NCBI GenBank assembly: GCA_013265495.1
Contig: MU057887.1
Coordinates: forward strand, 2,637,576-2,701,575
DNA from: Vicugna vicugna
Taxonomy: Eukaryota
Length of the DNA: 64,000 nt
Direction of reading: 5' to 3'
The notes beneath the pieces are model-generated. The model made no database searches. It was given only the letters and a program-made list of their open reading frames with translations, and was not told where the DNA came from. Positions within the stretch are counted from its first letter, which is position 1; every line of letters begins with the position of its first letter. Made by a program: the position numbers and the translations under genes. Below, in pieces: positions 46,753 to 59,630 of the stretch.

Positions 46753-49700
46753 TTATTTTTCACCTGATCCAGATAACTAGCTTTATTTTCATTTTTATTT
46801 TACTGAAACTAATTTTATAGGCATCAGTTGTTTGGGTATCAATTTTGCAACAAGTATCTTATTCAAAATCAGTTTGACCAGACGGTTTTCAGCCGGTCAT
46901 ACCAATGCTAAACGCTGCATTGCTTTTTAAGTGCATTATTTCTACCCCATTCGAATTATTCCAGTCATACATTTTGTGAAAATGATCATAACCCACTTTG
47001 CTGTGTGAAGTCGTGTTCCTTGCCACATTTATTTTGTGTTATTTCTACCAGCAGTATTCAGTATGAAATAAATAAAATGGAGAGTCCATATGTCTCCCTT
47101 ATTTTAAAAGGAAATTGTGAGAAATTCTTCTCACATATTCTAGAGTTACTCTTTGGTTCAGGATCTGTTTACATTGTTGCCAGGTTTTCTGGGCTGTTTT
47201 GGTTTTGGTTTTTGGATTTTCCGTTTGTTTGTGTTTGAGGAACTAAAAGCAAATAGAGGGGGTAAAGCAGGGGCATGAGCCCACCAAGGTCCGGGGCGCA
47301 CGTGGGGCTCGCCAGGAGCCCACGTCCCGGGGGGCTGACTCCAAGGAAGAAGTGGGTGCTCGTGCATTGCTTGCTGGGTGCAAACACAGCCAGGACCCCA
47401 CCCCCTGCGGTTCTGGGAAGAGCCTTTGACCACCCCGGCTTCTCCTCCCGTCCCCACCAGACACCCTTGTGCTGTCCAGGGCCGCTCCTGCGCGCCCTCC
47501 CCTGAGAGGGTCAGGCTCCAGGCTCCCCCTTCCCTCTGCACTCCTGAGACGAGTGGGTCTCTGTCCAGCGATAGAAGCCAGCTTTTCCCAGTGGAGAGTT
47601 TTCCCCAAGAACTGACTGACAGGGACCTGCCGTCACCCTCTTGCACGCACGTTTAAGGGAGATTGTGTAGCTGGAACACGCCCTGCTGAGGCCACTGCTG
47701 ACGGAAAGCAGCAGGAGGGGCTCGAGGGGGCTCACCCCCAGCCCTGCCTCCTGTTCCAGACTCTCCTCCCCTCTCCCCTGCCCTGTCCGTCCCTCTCCCC
47801 ACTGCTGTGTTGGGGCCCTGTCCCCTCCTAGACAGCTTTCCTCTGGGTCCCCACTGTCTAGACAAATCCAGAAGTTGTTCTTGGGGTCTCCCAGGGCTGA
47901 AACGTCATGGAACAATGTTTTCAGCATCAGTAGCTTTGGGCAGGCCTGGCGACCGCTGCATAAACCCAGTCTGTTTCTCTCTGGGCTCTGGACTCTTCTG
48001 GGACAGACACTGAGCATCCGAGTGGGAGGTGATCCCAGGAGAAGCTGGAGAGAGCAGGGGGACGGGGGGAAGGAAGGAGAGGGCCTGACCTCCCCGTGGG
48101 CACTGGCTGCCCCCGCATCCTCACATTACAGCGTCAGCCCCGGTGCACTCCAGCCCTGGAGCTGGGTGGCACACAGGCCCCCCTCGGGAAAAGGAAGGAG
48201 CAGGAGTCACTCACAGGGGCAGTATCAGAAAATCCTTCATGTCTGGTGGACATGTGTCCTGGGCCTGAAGACACACAATTTCTTCGGAAACAGCATCTCA
48301 AGCAGGGGCCTCTGTGCAAAGACCGAAGATGTTCAGAACAAAGAGCAAGGAGTTAGGGCGTCTTCCCGACCGTCTGTCACTGAAGAGATTTAAACAGGAA
48401 ACAAACACGTTTCCTTGGAGGCCAGAGAGTAAGTATCCTGGCCTCTGAGGAGCACAGGGTCTCCTCTGCAACCAGGTCAGAAGCGGCTGTGGGCAACGAG
48501 GGGACAGATGGGTGACCGTGTGCCGATAAAGCTTTATTCACACAGACAGGCAGAGGCGGGCCAGGGCCTGCGGACCTCTGCTCTGGAGAGCTTGGGGCTC
48601 GTCCAGGGAGCAGGTGAAATAAGGCAACGTGTCCCTCCGGCTCTCTGAGGAGGGAGCAAAGCGTAGCGGGGCCGTGGACGGGCCCCCAGCAGCGCCACCC
48701 CCCAGGGACCTCGGACGGCAGGGAGGACCCCTGCTCTGGCACCCGGGCCATGCAGGTGCACCTTGGTGATTATTAACCACATGCGGACAAGCCTCGCTGC
48801 AGAAACCTGGCCAGGGGACAGCGCCGGGGACAGCAAAGCACGGCTCGTGGGATGGAGAGGACAACGGAGCAAATGCAAAGAATGACAGTTTGCCTTCCCC
48901 TCCCGTCAGGCTGTCTGGGTGTCAGAAGCCCTCCGGGCGGTGCCTCTGATCCATGGCTCGGCTGTTTTCTGTGGAGTTTCCCTCAATGTTGTGCAGCCAG
49001 TCTTGACTGGGAAATGCAGCGTCTGAAACATCTTCACTTGACCAAGAGGCCCCCAGTGACATTAGAATAATGATTATCGCACTTTTTGCATTTTGTGGAG
49101 AAGCGTGCTGGAGTGACACCGCCACGCTGGTCTCCGCGGGGACGGTGATTTAGGAGCAGGCTCTGATCTGGGCCAGACTGTGGCGGGGCCTCCGTCTCCC
49201 TCCCCACAGAAGGCCCAGCAGGGAGGGTGCTTCATTTTCTCTGCGGCTCTTCTGTCCACAGGGAGCCTTATTTCTACTTTATACGCTTTCAGAAGCTCTG
49301 CCGTCGGCTCGATTTATGAAGCAGAGAGAAGGCCTCCGAGTGCGTGGGGACGTGGGACCCGCAAGGCTTCTCCCGCAGCCGGGGCCGCCCCTCTGACATT
49401 TCACTCTGCAGAAACCATCTCTGGATGTGGTACAAGGCGGGCGTCTGGGTTCCAAGACCTCAGACTAAGGTTGAGCCAATCTCTGGATCCTCCTGTTTTG
49501 GGCAAAAGGTGGCTTCCAGATCCATCACCCCGCAGCTCTGGAGGCCAGAAGTCCAGGGTGGGTCAGAGGGGCTGCCTTCCTCCCGGAGGCTCTAGGGGGA
49601 ATCGGACGGAACCCCAGAAGCCTGCGACTCAGTTTACAAGCCAGTCCGTGGGTGGACCCACCACGTTGAATCCTAATGTGCTCCGTCCTTCCTTGGACCC

Positions 49701-49964
49701 CCAGAAACAATCCACCATCTTGTAGACGGAGGACGTGAATTCACGTTTTCTGAGTTCAAGTCTCACCAAAACCTCAGACAATGTGTCACCAAACATACAA
49801 GAGGAAAAACAAAGTCGGCTTAAGAGGCACAAATGTGCATGACTGTAAACTAACCGAGCTGTCACCGGTGTACTGTTTGAGGCAAAACTGCTAAGCCATC
49901 CGGGGCTGATCTTTGCGGGAGGAGGAGAAGAGTGGCTGGAAGGGGCTCCAGACCCACGCTGGTG

Positions 49965-51130
49965 TCTGACGACTGCTGGACGAAGGGCCACAACCGAGTG
50001 GCTTTAAGCAACGTGGACTTACCGTCTGGCGTATCTGGAGGTCGGCGGCCCAACCCCGGTCTTGAGTGCTAAGATCCTGGTCTGGCTGAGCTGGGCTCTT
50101 TCCCCAGCTCCGGAGGAGGACCCTGGCTGTATCCTGACATGTGACGTGACGTGGATGTCTGGCCTTCCCCCTCCCGACATAGAGCTCCTGAAACCCTCGG
50201 GGTTTCCTAAGGGATCAGAGTGAAGAAGATGAAGTGGGTGCATTTTGTATCCATGTAACAAGCCCCTTCAACCACGCCAGGGTTTATGGTAATGAAATGA
50301 GTTTTGGAAAGTCTCTAAGGAGAAGGGCCGGTTGCCAAGGGAACCAGCCAAGCGATTGGAGGCTGGACCCTCCAGGGAGCGGAGAGGGGCTGGAGGTTGA
50401 ATCAATCACCAGCGACCAGTGATTCGATCAGTCATGCCCAGTAATGAGGCCGCCACAAAAACCCCTGCAGGCCGGGGCTGGCTGGGCGGATGGAGGTGCT
50501 GGGAGGGAGATGTGTCCGGAGGGGGCGTGGAGCTCTGCCCACGCACCTGTCCCCACACCTCACCCCTCTCCCCTCCGGCTCTTCCTGACTCGTAGCCCTT
50601 ATAATCGCCCGCAACCTCGTAAGTAAACCGCGGTCCTGGGTGCTGGGAGACGCTCTCGCGAAGGACCGAGCCCTGGGAGGGGATCATGGGGATCTGACTC
50701 ATGGCAGGTCAGTCAGAAGCCCAGCTGACCACCTCACCCCGTGGGGTCTGGGCTCACTCCTGTTGGAGCCGGAACTGCTCAGTGCGGAGCCCGCACACCT
50801 GGTGGCGGGGGAGCCGGGAGCTGTGGAATGGACGGCCTAGCCTCCAGCTTGTCCTTTGCATCCCTGCCCTTTCCTCGCTTCTGGGGGCCACTTGAATCCC
50901 CGTGGCCCCTTCCCCTGCTTCTAACGTCATTACCTCTCCTCTAACTCTGACTCTCCGGCTTCCCGGCTGCAAGGCCCCTTGTGGTTACGTTTAGGGCCCT
51001 CAAGAAAATCCAAGAGCAGCCTCCTCTCAGATCCTGAACACACTCGCCCAGCAGAGCCCCGCTGCCACGCAGGCCGACTTGCTCACGGGGTCTGAGGCTG
51101 GGGGCGTGGGCATCTTCGTGGGGCTGCGGG
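49965..51130 (-). mobile_element. MLT1D-like LTR split by a MER21 insertion (parts ~49965-50135 and ~50855-51130)
   Basis: ccacaaccgagtggctttaagcaac ... gctaagatcctggt; resumes at tccctgccctttcctcgcttctgggggcc ... aaggccccttgtggttacgtttagggccc. Confidence 0.7.
50140..50850 (+). mobile_element. MER21B-like LTR
   Basis: agagctcctgaaaccctcggggtttcctaag, ggttgccaagggaaccagcca, ggagaggggctggaggttgaatcaatcacc, ggtcagtcagaagc. Confidence 0.85.
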
Positions 51131-51822
51131 GCAGCCGGCTCCCAGAGGGCCGGGCGGGGGCTGTACCCACCTCTGTGCTTGGAGACCTGGGAAGACGCGC
51201 ACTGACCTGCCGACCCCGGGCCGCTTCTCCGGAGCAGCCGGTGGCCGGCATCAGGCAGGGCCCATGAAAATCAGGGCGGCGGCACCGGGCAGCCTGGAAG
51301 GCAGCGGAGGGCGGTGTCTGGCTTTCTGTTTCCTTTAGTCTGTTTTCTATTTTAATAATAATAATAAAAAAATAGGGGTGATTCCACGGCGGCAGAGCGA
51401 GCAGCAGCAGGAGGCATGCTGGCAGCCGCGGGGCTCGGGGTGATCCCACCTTGTTCCCAGTTGTTCATCAGTGTGCTTTCCCCCCAAACGTCAGGATTTT
51501 GCACTGAAACATGGGAGGAGTGAGTGTGTGTGCGTGCGAGTTCCCAGTGTGTGTGCGTGTGAGAGGGGCGCGGGCTCCCGGTGCGCGTTGGGGCAGCAGA
51601 GCGTCTCCCGTGGCCGTCCCTGGGGAGACCACGGCCACTCCGGCTGCCCCATCGCACCCCCTCTGCTGCAGGAACCTCCTGAGCCAGCTGTCTCTCTAGT
51701 GACCACAGAAGCATCTCGTGGCTTCGCCCCATTCCTGAGACTAGCACCACCCACCTGCGCTTTGTCCCCAGAGCCCTCTGCGCTGTGTCCGAATGCCACC
51801 CAGCGCCTTGTCTCAGCCACAG

Positions 51823-52340
51823 TGAGACAGGAGGGGAGGGGCAGGACACGGCGGTTAGCCCGAGATGGCGGAGAATTCCACTCTCACTAGGTCTTGAGGC
51901 CCAAGATGGCGGGAGCTGACCCCCAGGCGACCGTGACCTTCCTGGTCTGCTCGCGGTGGTGTATCAGCATGTGAATGGCGCTCCCACAGGCGCCCTGACG
52001 GCTCTGAGGCTGACCCTGAAAGGGCAGAGTGGGTGGGGCCTGGGGTCCCCGGCCCTTCCCCAGAGTGGTGGGAACAGTCCTCCCACTTGTCACCATACGA
52101 AGTCACCGAGCCCCCAGACACTGTCACCCCCGCGCCTCCCTGCCGCCCCCCCCCACTGAGTGAGACGCCTGCGCTCAGTCCACGGGGTGCGTGTCTGAAT
52201 AAACCTGCTTTCACTCTCCTGTGGCTCCTCTGGAGCTCTTTTCTGAGCAAAGCCAAGGACTGACACTTGGTGGACAAATCTCAGGGACTCAGCCGAGACC
52301 CGGGCACGGCCGTCCTCTTGCGCCCCATTTTCCTGCATCA
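51823..52340 (+). mobile_element. MER41-like ERV1 solo LTR (artiodactyl type)
   Basis: TG...CA termini (tgagacaggagggg ... ttttcctgcatca), ccaagatggcgg, cccacaggcgccctgacgg, AATAAA at ~52198. Confidence 0.75.
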
Positions 52341-53657
52341 GTGGGCCGTGGTGGGGGGAGGTTCTGACGACTGTGGATGTGGCAGACCCCAGCACACATC
52401 CCTTTGAAAGCAGGACGGACACAGGAAGGCCTTGTATGAGCACAGCGAGGCCACCACCTGGAGCAGCCCGGGCCCTGGGCCACCTGGCCAGGTGACAGGT
52501 GGCGCCGGAAAGTCAGGTGTGCACAGCAGACTGGACTTTGCCTGCTGGGGACTCTCCCTCCCCCAAGGACCCTGGAGAGGGGCCAGGGTTTGGGAGGAGC
52601 TGCCCAGGAATGAGATTCTGGGACCCCCAGCCCCCCACCAGCATGTTCCCAGGGAGGGGCCGTGACGGAGCTGAGAGGAGACTGGTAAACCAGGGTAACC
52701 GGCCCCCGTCCATCAGGCGGGGTAATGAGCTGGATTTATAGAAAAGGAAACACGATATGATTCCGCGTAATGGCTGTTGACAGAGATTCAGGCTGTTTGT
52801 TCTAGGAAATTAAATTGACAAACAGCGAGGGTTCACGGGGCTCGCATCTCTGATTTGCAAGCTCCTGTCAAAAGGTGCGTGTGCTCCTGGCCGCGCCAAT
52901 CAGACACTGAGACTGTGCAGAAAGGAGCCGGGGGGCGTCCTAGGGGATCTGCATTTCAGACACTCTGAGACCCTGCTCCGCAGACGAGCTGCTCACGGAG
53001 GAAGCGGGGTAGAAACGCTAAGCTTTGTTCCCAGAGAGAACAGGCCACATTTTTTAAAAATTTAATTAAGACCCAAGATCAGGTTTGCGTAATTAAATTT
53101 ACGCCGTGAGGAAGCGGGGTGATGGAGGCGCCTGCGTCCTCCCCGACACCCTGGAGGGGAGGAGACGCCTCTGCTTCCCTCGGACCTAAATTCTGAGGCT
53201 GCGCTCATCTCAGGTGTGAAACATGCACCAGCCACTCTCACTGCTTTGTTTTCATTTGTTTTTCTAATCTCTGAAGAATGCTCTCCGGGTGCAGACAAGC
53301 CAGGGAGGCAACAGTGTGGTTTCCTGACCTACTCGCGGGGCACACGGCGCTCTCCGCGGGCTGGGCCCGTCCTGCAGGGCGGCCTCGGCCCCGACGTCGG
53401 AGGAAGGCGGCCGGAAGTCAGGACGCTCCCGCAGGCCCCGGCGGGCTGCAGACGTGGGCTGTGTGCGGGAGAGACCCAGGAAGCCTGGAAGCCCTTGTTT
53501 CGATGGCGGTTTACTCACGGGAGTGGGAGAAAATGAGGGGGGGCCCTGGAGATGGGGTGAGTTTTGAATGAGACATAGGAAGGTGACATCTGGCCGTTTT
53601 TCCTCAGTATTCCAAGCCTCTAGATTTTATCCTGATTTGTAGAACTGATCGTTGATT

Positions 53658-53757
53658 CTTTTAATTTTTAAAAAAATTTATTGGGTTATAGTCAGTTTCC
53701 AATTTTGTGTCAGTTTCCAGGGTAGAGCACAATGTTTCAGTTATACGTGAACGTACA
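53658..53757 (-). mobile_element. Short camelid-type L1 3' end
   Basis: tttattgggttatagtcagtttccaattttgtgtcagtttccagggtagagcacaatgtttcagt is the antisense homologue of 18470-18545. Confidence 0.85.
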
Positions 53758-55689
53758 TGGCATCTGGCCTTTTCAAACGACAAAGAACACATGTCGGTGG
53801 GAACGGAAGGAGGGAGAGGCGGGTGGGCAGACCGACCTCAGACGGAGAAGGCTTCTTCTCCAGGGGGAGCCCACGCCCCTCGGAGCAGGGACCCCCAAAA
53901 GCTGCAGAGCCCAGAGGAAGCCTCTGCGGGGGTCCAGAGCGCTCGGCCCAGGGCGCGTGGCTCGGTGGCTTCAGGAGGCCCGTGGGTCACGTTTGGGAGC
54001 AGAGCCCAGCGTGATGAGGGGGACCACCTCGAAGGGGCATCGGCAGAGAAACGTTTCCCCAGGGACTTTGCAGAACGAGGAAAGACAAGCCCGGAGCTTG
54101 TCCCACCCCCTGTCCGGACGCACACTGGAGCCGCCCTTGTCTGCCCCAGGTAGACCAAGGCAGGGCTGAGTCCGAAGGGCAGCGGGGGGGCGCGGGAGGG
54201 CTCGGGCACACATGACTTTTGGAAGCGGTCTGTCCAAGGCTGTGAACGAGAGATCTGTAATACATCAACAGCCAACCAAAGGATGCCCTTTGTTCAAGCT
54301 CTTCTCTGAGCCCCAGCGAGACACTGGGACAGTGTCCTTCCCTGCTCCTGAGCCCACGAGGCCGGAGCTCGCCAGCACGGGTGGAAAGGGGCTGCGTCAA
54401 CTTTCAGGGGTCCTCCTGCCAAACTCACCCCCGCACTCAGCCTTTTAGGGTCACAGGGCAACATGCTGTTCAGACTCGTGAGAAAGCATCGGGGCGAGAC
54501 GGGTCTGGGATTGGCCTTGTGTTTGTGGGCAAAGGGCAGTTCGGGAACCGGGGGAAATGGGCTACCGGGCAGGTTAAACCCTCACTCGGGAACCAGCTTC
54601 AGTCAGAACGTTTCTAAACAGAAGCGCTGAGCGGGCATCCCCACGTGTTGGTCCATCCCGGGGGCTTTCTCCCGGTTTCCATGCGCCCCTCCCCTTTCCC
54701 TCCCTTGTCCGGGGTGCGCAGGACCCCTACCTTTTTTGGCAGAGTGTGCACGTGGGCAGGCCCACAAACCCAAACCTAACAAAAGAGCTTGTCCACAAAA
54801 CACACCAATCTGTTGAGCGGACAGGACCCAACTCCACCAAAAACCGGGACCAGGGCCACCGTCACAGGGGTCGCAGTGGTGAAGCAGTCTGCTGCTCATC
54901 AGGGAAACTCTGGTCATGAACTTCCTCCCAGACAGGCCAGCGCCGCTGCCCCCAGGAGCCCCCCGCGCATCTCTGCGTTCGCTCGGTTCCAGGGCGAATT
55001 ACGGTCGTGTGATTGGTAAATCTCTTCAAAGATGTAAACAGGATGATTGTGCCGCTGTCAGATATTAATGACTTAATGAGTCTGTGCCGTTAGTTTATGT
55101 AAATGGATAATGGAATCTCTACAGGGGCCAAATATAATATTACAATCTGGTGGTTCACTGACTGCTTTACACACACACAGCTAGTGTGTCGTTGGAGAAA
55201 GCAAGTTCTGAGCGCCGACAAGGTCATCGCGGTCAGGTTTCTGTCCAGGCTCCTGGCAAGAGCCAGGGTTGAGGCTTCCCCTGCAGGGCGAGGACCCCTG
55301 GGGCCCCCGGGAGGGAGCCGGACACATGTTCCCTCCCTCCCCCTCCCCCCAGGGAGCTCCCGGCCCTCGGTGCTCCCCAAGCCTGTCCTCAGCCGGAGGT
55401 GATTCTTACCCGTATCCCCAACCCTGGGCATCCTCCTCTGATCATTCTTCTCCCAGCAGCCGGTAGAGCTGGCCCAGCTCCCACAGCCTGCTTCTCAGCA
55501 CCCCGTCCCCAGTCCCTCCGGGCTCTGCCTTCAAGTCTTACCGCGCTGAACAGCGTCCCCCCAGACAATCCATAGGCTGGAGTCCTGACCCCCAGGGCCT
55601 CGGACTGTGGCTGTGTGTGCCCCTTGCTTCCCGAGGCTAGGTCAGCTCTGGCCCCATGTGCACACACACGCGTGGACACACACTCGCAC

Positions 55690-55790
55690 GCCTGGCAACT
55701 GCCCTGCCTGAGCCTCATGTCTCCTCTGTAAGGTGAGGCGACAAAGCCCACTTTGCAGGGTTAGGATGGAGAAGAGCTGAGGTGATGACG
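55690..55790 (+). mobile_element. MIR fragment
   Basis: ctgagcctcatgtctcctctgtaaggtgagg ... cagggttaggatggagaagagctgaggtgatg. Confidence 0.6.
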
Positions 55791-55804
55791 GCTCTTTCTG
55801 GGTC

Positions 55805-56100
55805 GGTTACGGGCTAAATGTTTGTGCCCCCAGATTTCCTCAGTTGAAACCCTAACACTTAGTGGGATGGTGTCATGACACGGGTCTGTGGGCGGTGACA
55901 CAGGTCATGAGGGGGAAGCCCCCACGATAGGAGCAGCGTCTCGTGTCCCATCAGAGAAGAAAGACTCGAGACGCCCTCTCTCTGCCGTGGGGACACGGCG
56001 AAGGCACAGGACCAGAGCCCCCACCAGGCACCCAGTCCCGGGCTCCAGGCCCCAGAGCTGGGAGGGACATCTGTCCGAGCGTCCGGCCTGAGCTGAGACA
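55805..56100 (+). mobile_element. MLT1A-like LTR
   Basis: ttacgggctaaatgtttgtgcccc ... gttgaaaccctaac ... aggtcatgagggggaagccccca ... agctgagaca. Confidence 0.8.
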
Positions 56101-59100
56101 CACGGTGCGTGTGTCTAGATGCCCCACCACCACCCAGGAGCGTGCGCCCAGGCCCCACGGGACGTCTCTGCCCCCAGGAGCCTCCAGGCCACCAGCACAT
56201 CCTCTCATCCTCACCGAGCTCCTAGCGCTCCGGGGCTGGGCTGGAGGTACAGGTGGCCGTGGGGACATCTGACGGCCTCTGGTCCCATCACGGCCAAGCT
56301 TGGGGTGAGGCGGACTGGACTTCTTCCTCTCTGGGGGCCTCACACTCTATAAAATCAGGCGACACAGAATCCAGCCAGGGGCTTTGAGTGTCCCCCCACC
56401 TGTGTCCACATGCCCCTCCCTCATCCAGCCTCCCCTCCTCCCCGACCCCCTTCCTCCCGCCCCCACCTTCTCCAGGCACATGCCTACCTGCAGGATAACG
56501 TGAGCCCCCCTGTTCTCTGAGTGTTTCTGTTGTGTTGTCTCCTCCTGTTTATTTGTGAGCTGCAGTGGGAAACAGTTACCCATTCCGACTTCTACTGTGG
56601 ATAAACAAATACGGAAAATTAGCAGATGTGTTTTGCAGATGTACGTAACCAAAATAACCTCCCTCCCGACGCAGAGAAGCAGCCGGGAGGACTGCTGGGG
56701 ACAAGGCCCTGGGCAGTGCTGGACGCCCTTTCCAGCTTTAACGGGAGGAATGTGAGCATCAAGGAGGGGAGAGGACGACCCCAGGACCAGAAGCTGGTGG
56801 CCTAGTGTGACGTGGGCACATCGGGTGGGGGCAGAGGCCAGGGGCCTGATGGGGAAGGGGAGGGCAGTGGGCCAGTGCTGCAGGCTGCAGCAGGCGGCCA
56901 CAAGGTCCTGTAAAGCCCGGGGGGCGAGGAGAGGAGACACGGAGACCCTCCGCCCTGTGAAGATGCAGAAGTCAGATTTCAGGGTGTCAGGGAGGGTGTG
57001 GGCCAGCACAGCCTTGCCCTCAGGAAGGGAAGTGGGGACAAGAGCCTGAAGGCGTGACCCCAGGACATCCAGCCCCCGGCACGTGGCCCCCAACTCAAGA
57101 GCCATCAGACCGCAGGCAGCTGTCCTCAGAGGCCGGGAGGCAGGGGTGCCCCCCACGCTGGTCCTTTAGAAACCCTGCAGCCCTGCACGGAGCTGGTCTG
57201 GTTGTCCTCCTGACCCTGGGCCCAAGACTGGTCCTGCCCGGCACCGCTGACCAGGCACGCAAGCCCCTGGGACCCCCTCCCGCTGCCTCCTCCCTGGTGG
57301 AGCGGCCTCCCCGAACGCCTGCCCGCGAGACGCTGCGGGCGGGCCCTGCCCAGGGTGGCATCTGGACCCCAGCCTGTGTTTCCTGGAGACTCGGCGCAGC
57401 ACAGCCCGGGAGCAGGTGTCCCGGGAGCTGGGGTGGCCTCCCTGGCCAGAGGCCACCTGCTGCCGCGTCGAGCCTGCTCCCCGTCTGCTCCCTGGCGTCT
57501 GCTCATGAACGCGTGCCTGTCACTTGCGCTTTGAATCTATTTGCGCAAAATGTGTTAGTCTCCTAACTGTGACCTGCAAACACTGGGAATTTTGGCTTCC
57601 TCTCCGGCTAAAAAGGAAACGCCGAGCCTGGGTCCTGGTGCTCATCTCCAGGTCACGGTCCCCGCAGATGGCAGGTCCCTGTCCTGCCTGAGCGCTGGAC
57701 CCCTCCACACACACACAGGACACGCTCGCCGGCACACACGGGCGCTCGCACACAGTCGCACACACACGAGCTCACCCCCAGCCCAGATGGCCGTCCCGCA
57801 GGCACTAGGACGCCTCGGAGAACGGATGAGGCCCCTCGTCAGCAGGCAGGTCTGGTCCCGGGGAGGAAACACGCGGCACAATCTTATTTCTTCTTACGTG
57901 AAAATAGACACAGCCTCATAGGAATAATTTAATCTGCCTTTTCTGTCAGAACTGACTGCTACTCGGAGGAAGCTTTCTTCTCATCTAATTTTACCCTCAA
58001 ATAAAATAAAAGACTCCAAGAATGTTAGAGCTAAAAGAGCTCATTCAACCCCATCGCCTGGGGCCCGGGGAGCGGGGCAGGGATGGCCCAGGGCAGTGCC
58101 TCCTGCCCAGGAGCGGGTGGGAGACAGGGGCAGGGAGGGGACTCAGGGGCGCGGTGGGGACCCAGAGGCCAGGCGGGGGTGCAGGAGTGGTGGCTGCCCC
58201 TCCCGTCAGGGCTCCCACAGACCTTGGGGACAACTGCCTGCCAGGTGTGAGCCACAGAGACGCAAGGGGATCTGGGGTGCCCACCCCATCCCCGAGCATC
58301 GCAGCGTCTGCAGCTGGACCCCACCCCCCGCCCTGCAGCCGAGGCCTCAGCCAGGCTGCCCGCACGGGCGAGGAGACCGGGGCCGGCTGCAGGGAGCACG
58401 TGGTCCGGGAGGTCAGCCGACTGGCCTGGCTGCTGTCCTCCCAGCCACCTGCGCGGTCGGCCCGGCTCCCGGGGACCCTGGATGCTGACCTCCCGTTAGG
58501 AGGGGACTCTGGGCCACCCTGTGTGACTCAGTGGTTTGTGCTGAGTGCCGGGTTCCCTGGAGTCTGGAGTTTGGGTGCCCTCAGGCAGAGGGTGCACAGC
58601 CGGGCACGGCCTCTGACGGGCCCCCCGGGGAGACAGCATCTCACACGTGGGGTCGCAGCTCATCTGTGGGGCATCACATGTGTCTGAGCGACTCCCCAGG
58701 CAGAACTGGGAGTGTGCCTGGTCCTCGGGCTTCCCCTGGGCGCCCACCCTCTGCGCACTTGGCTCTGTGTCCTGTCGCCGTGACGAGCCTTAGCTGTGGG
58801 GCGCCTACAGGCTGAGCCCCGCGGCTCCTTCTAGCAAGCCACGGAGCCTGGCGCTGGTCTTGGGGGCCCCGACACGCACTTCAGAGTCTCAGGAAACGTG
58901 GCCACATGTCCTAGAGGACCAAGCCCTGGGCCAGCAGTGCGGGGTGAATGGTGGCAGGTGACGAGCTCTGTCCTTGGTGCAGCTGCGTTCGGCCCGGGCC
59001 GGCCTGGCCTGGGGACCTGGCTGAGGTGCTCGCCATGCCTGTGACCCCGGGGAGTGGGTGTGGTTTGGGAGTCTACTGTTTTCCTTAATGTTTTGGGACA

Positions 59101-59184
59101 TGTTGCACTTACCATTTAAACTCTTTTAAAACCACCAGTTGAATAGTTGTTCAAGGCTCTGCAGGGTGCAACATTGCCGCTGCT

Positions 59185-59630
59185 GGCCATTCATTCTTCT
59201 AGCAAAGACCCGCCACGTGCCTGTGCTGTGCTCGGCGGGGGTGGCATTGGGGGATGGGGAGAACCGTGTAGGCAGACCAGGCCCCGCCGTCCGGGCGCAC
59301 ACCCAGGGGCAGGGACAGAAGACAGTTAGGTGGACAGGGAAGGGGAAGCAGCGTCATGAGACGGAGAGAAACCAGAGGACGTTTCAGCCATCGGCCAGTT
59401 TTCCTGCAAAGTATCAATAGAACTAATGTCTTTGTGTGAAAATGTCTGAGTGCATCTCAGATCGTGTCCTGAAGATAAATTCCTAGACGTGAAATTCCTG
59501 GGAGAGAAGTACGAGCATTTACGGCTCGACAAAAACTGTTTGGGCAACTCTTGCAAATGTCCAGCCCCTGGAGATGTCTTCTGGTGCAGAACTCACCCCC
59601 AGGAGCCCACTGTCCCGGTTTCACCTGGGC
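59185..59630 (-). mobile_element. L2 3' fragment followed by an L1ME fragment
   Basis: cattcattcttctagcaaag...; then agataaattcctagacgtgaaattcctggg. Confidence 0.5.
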
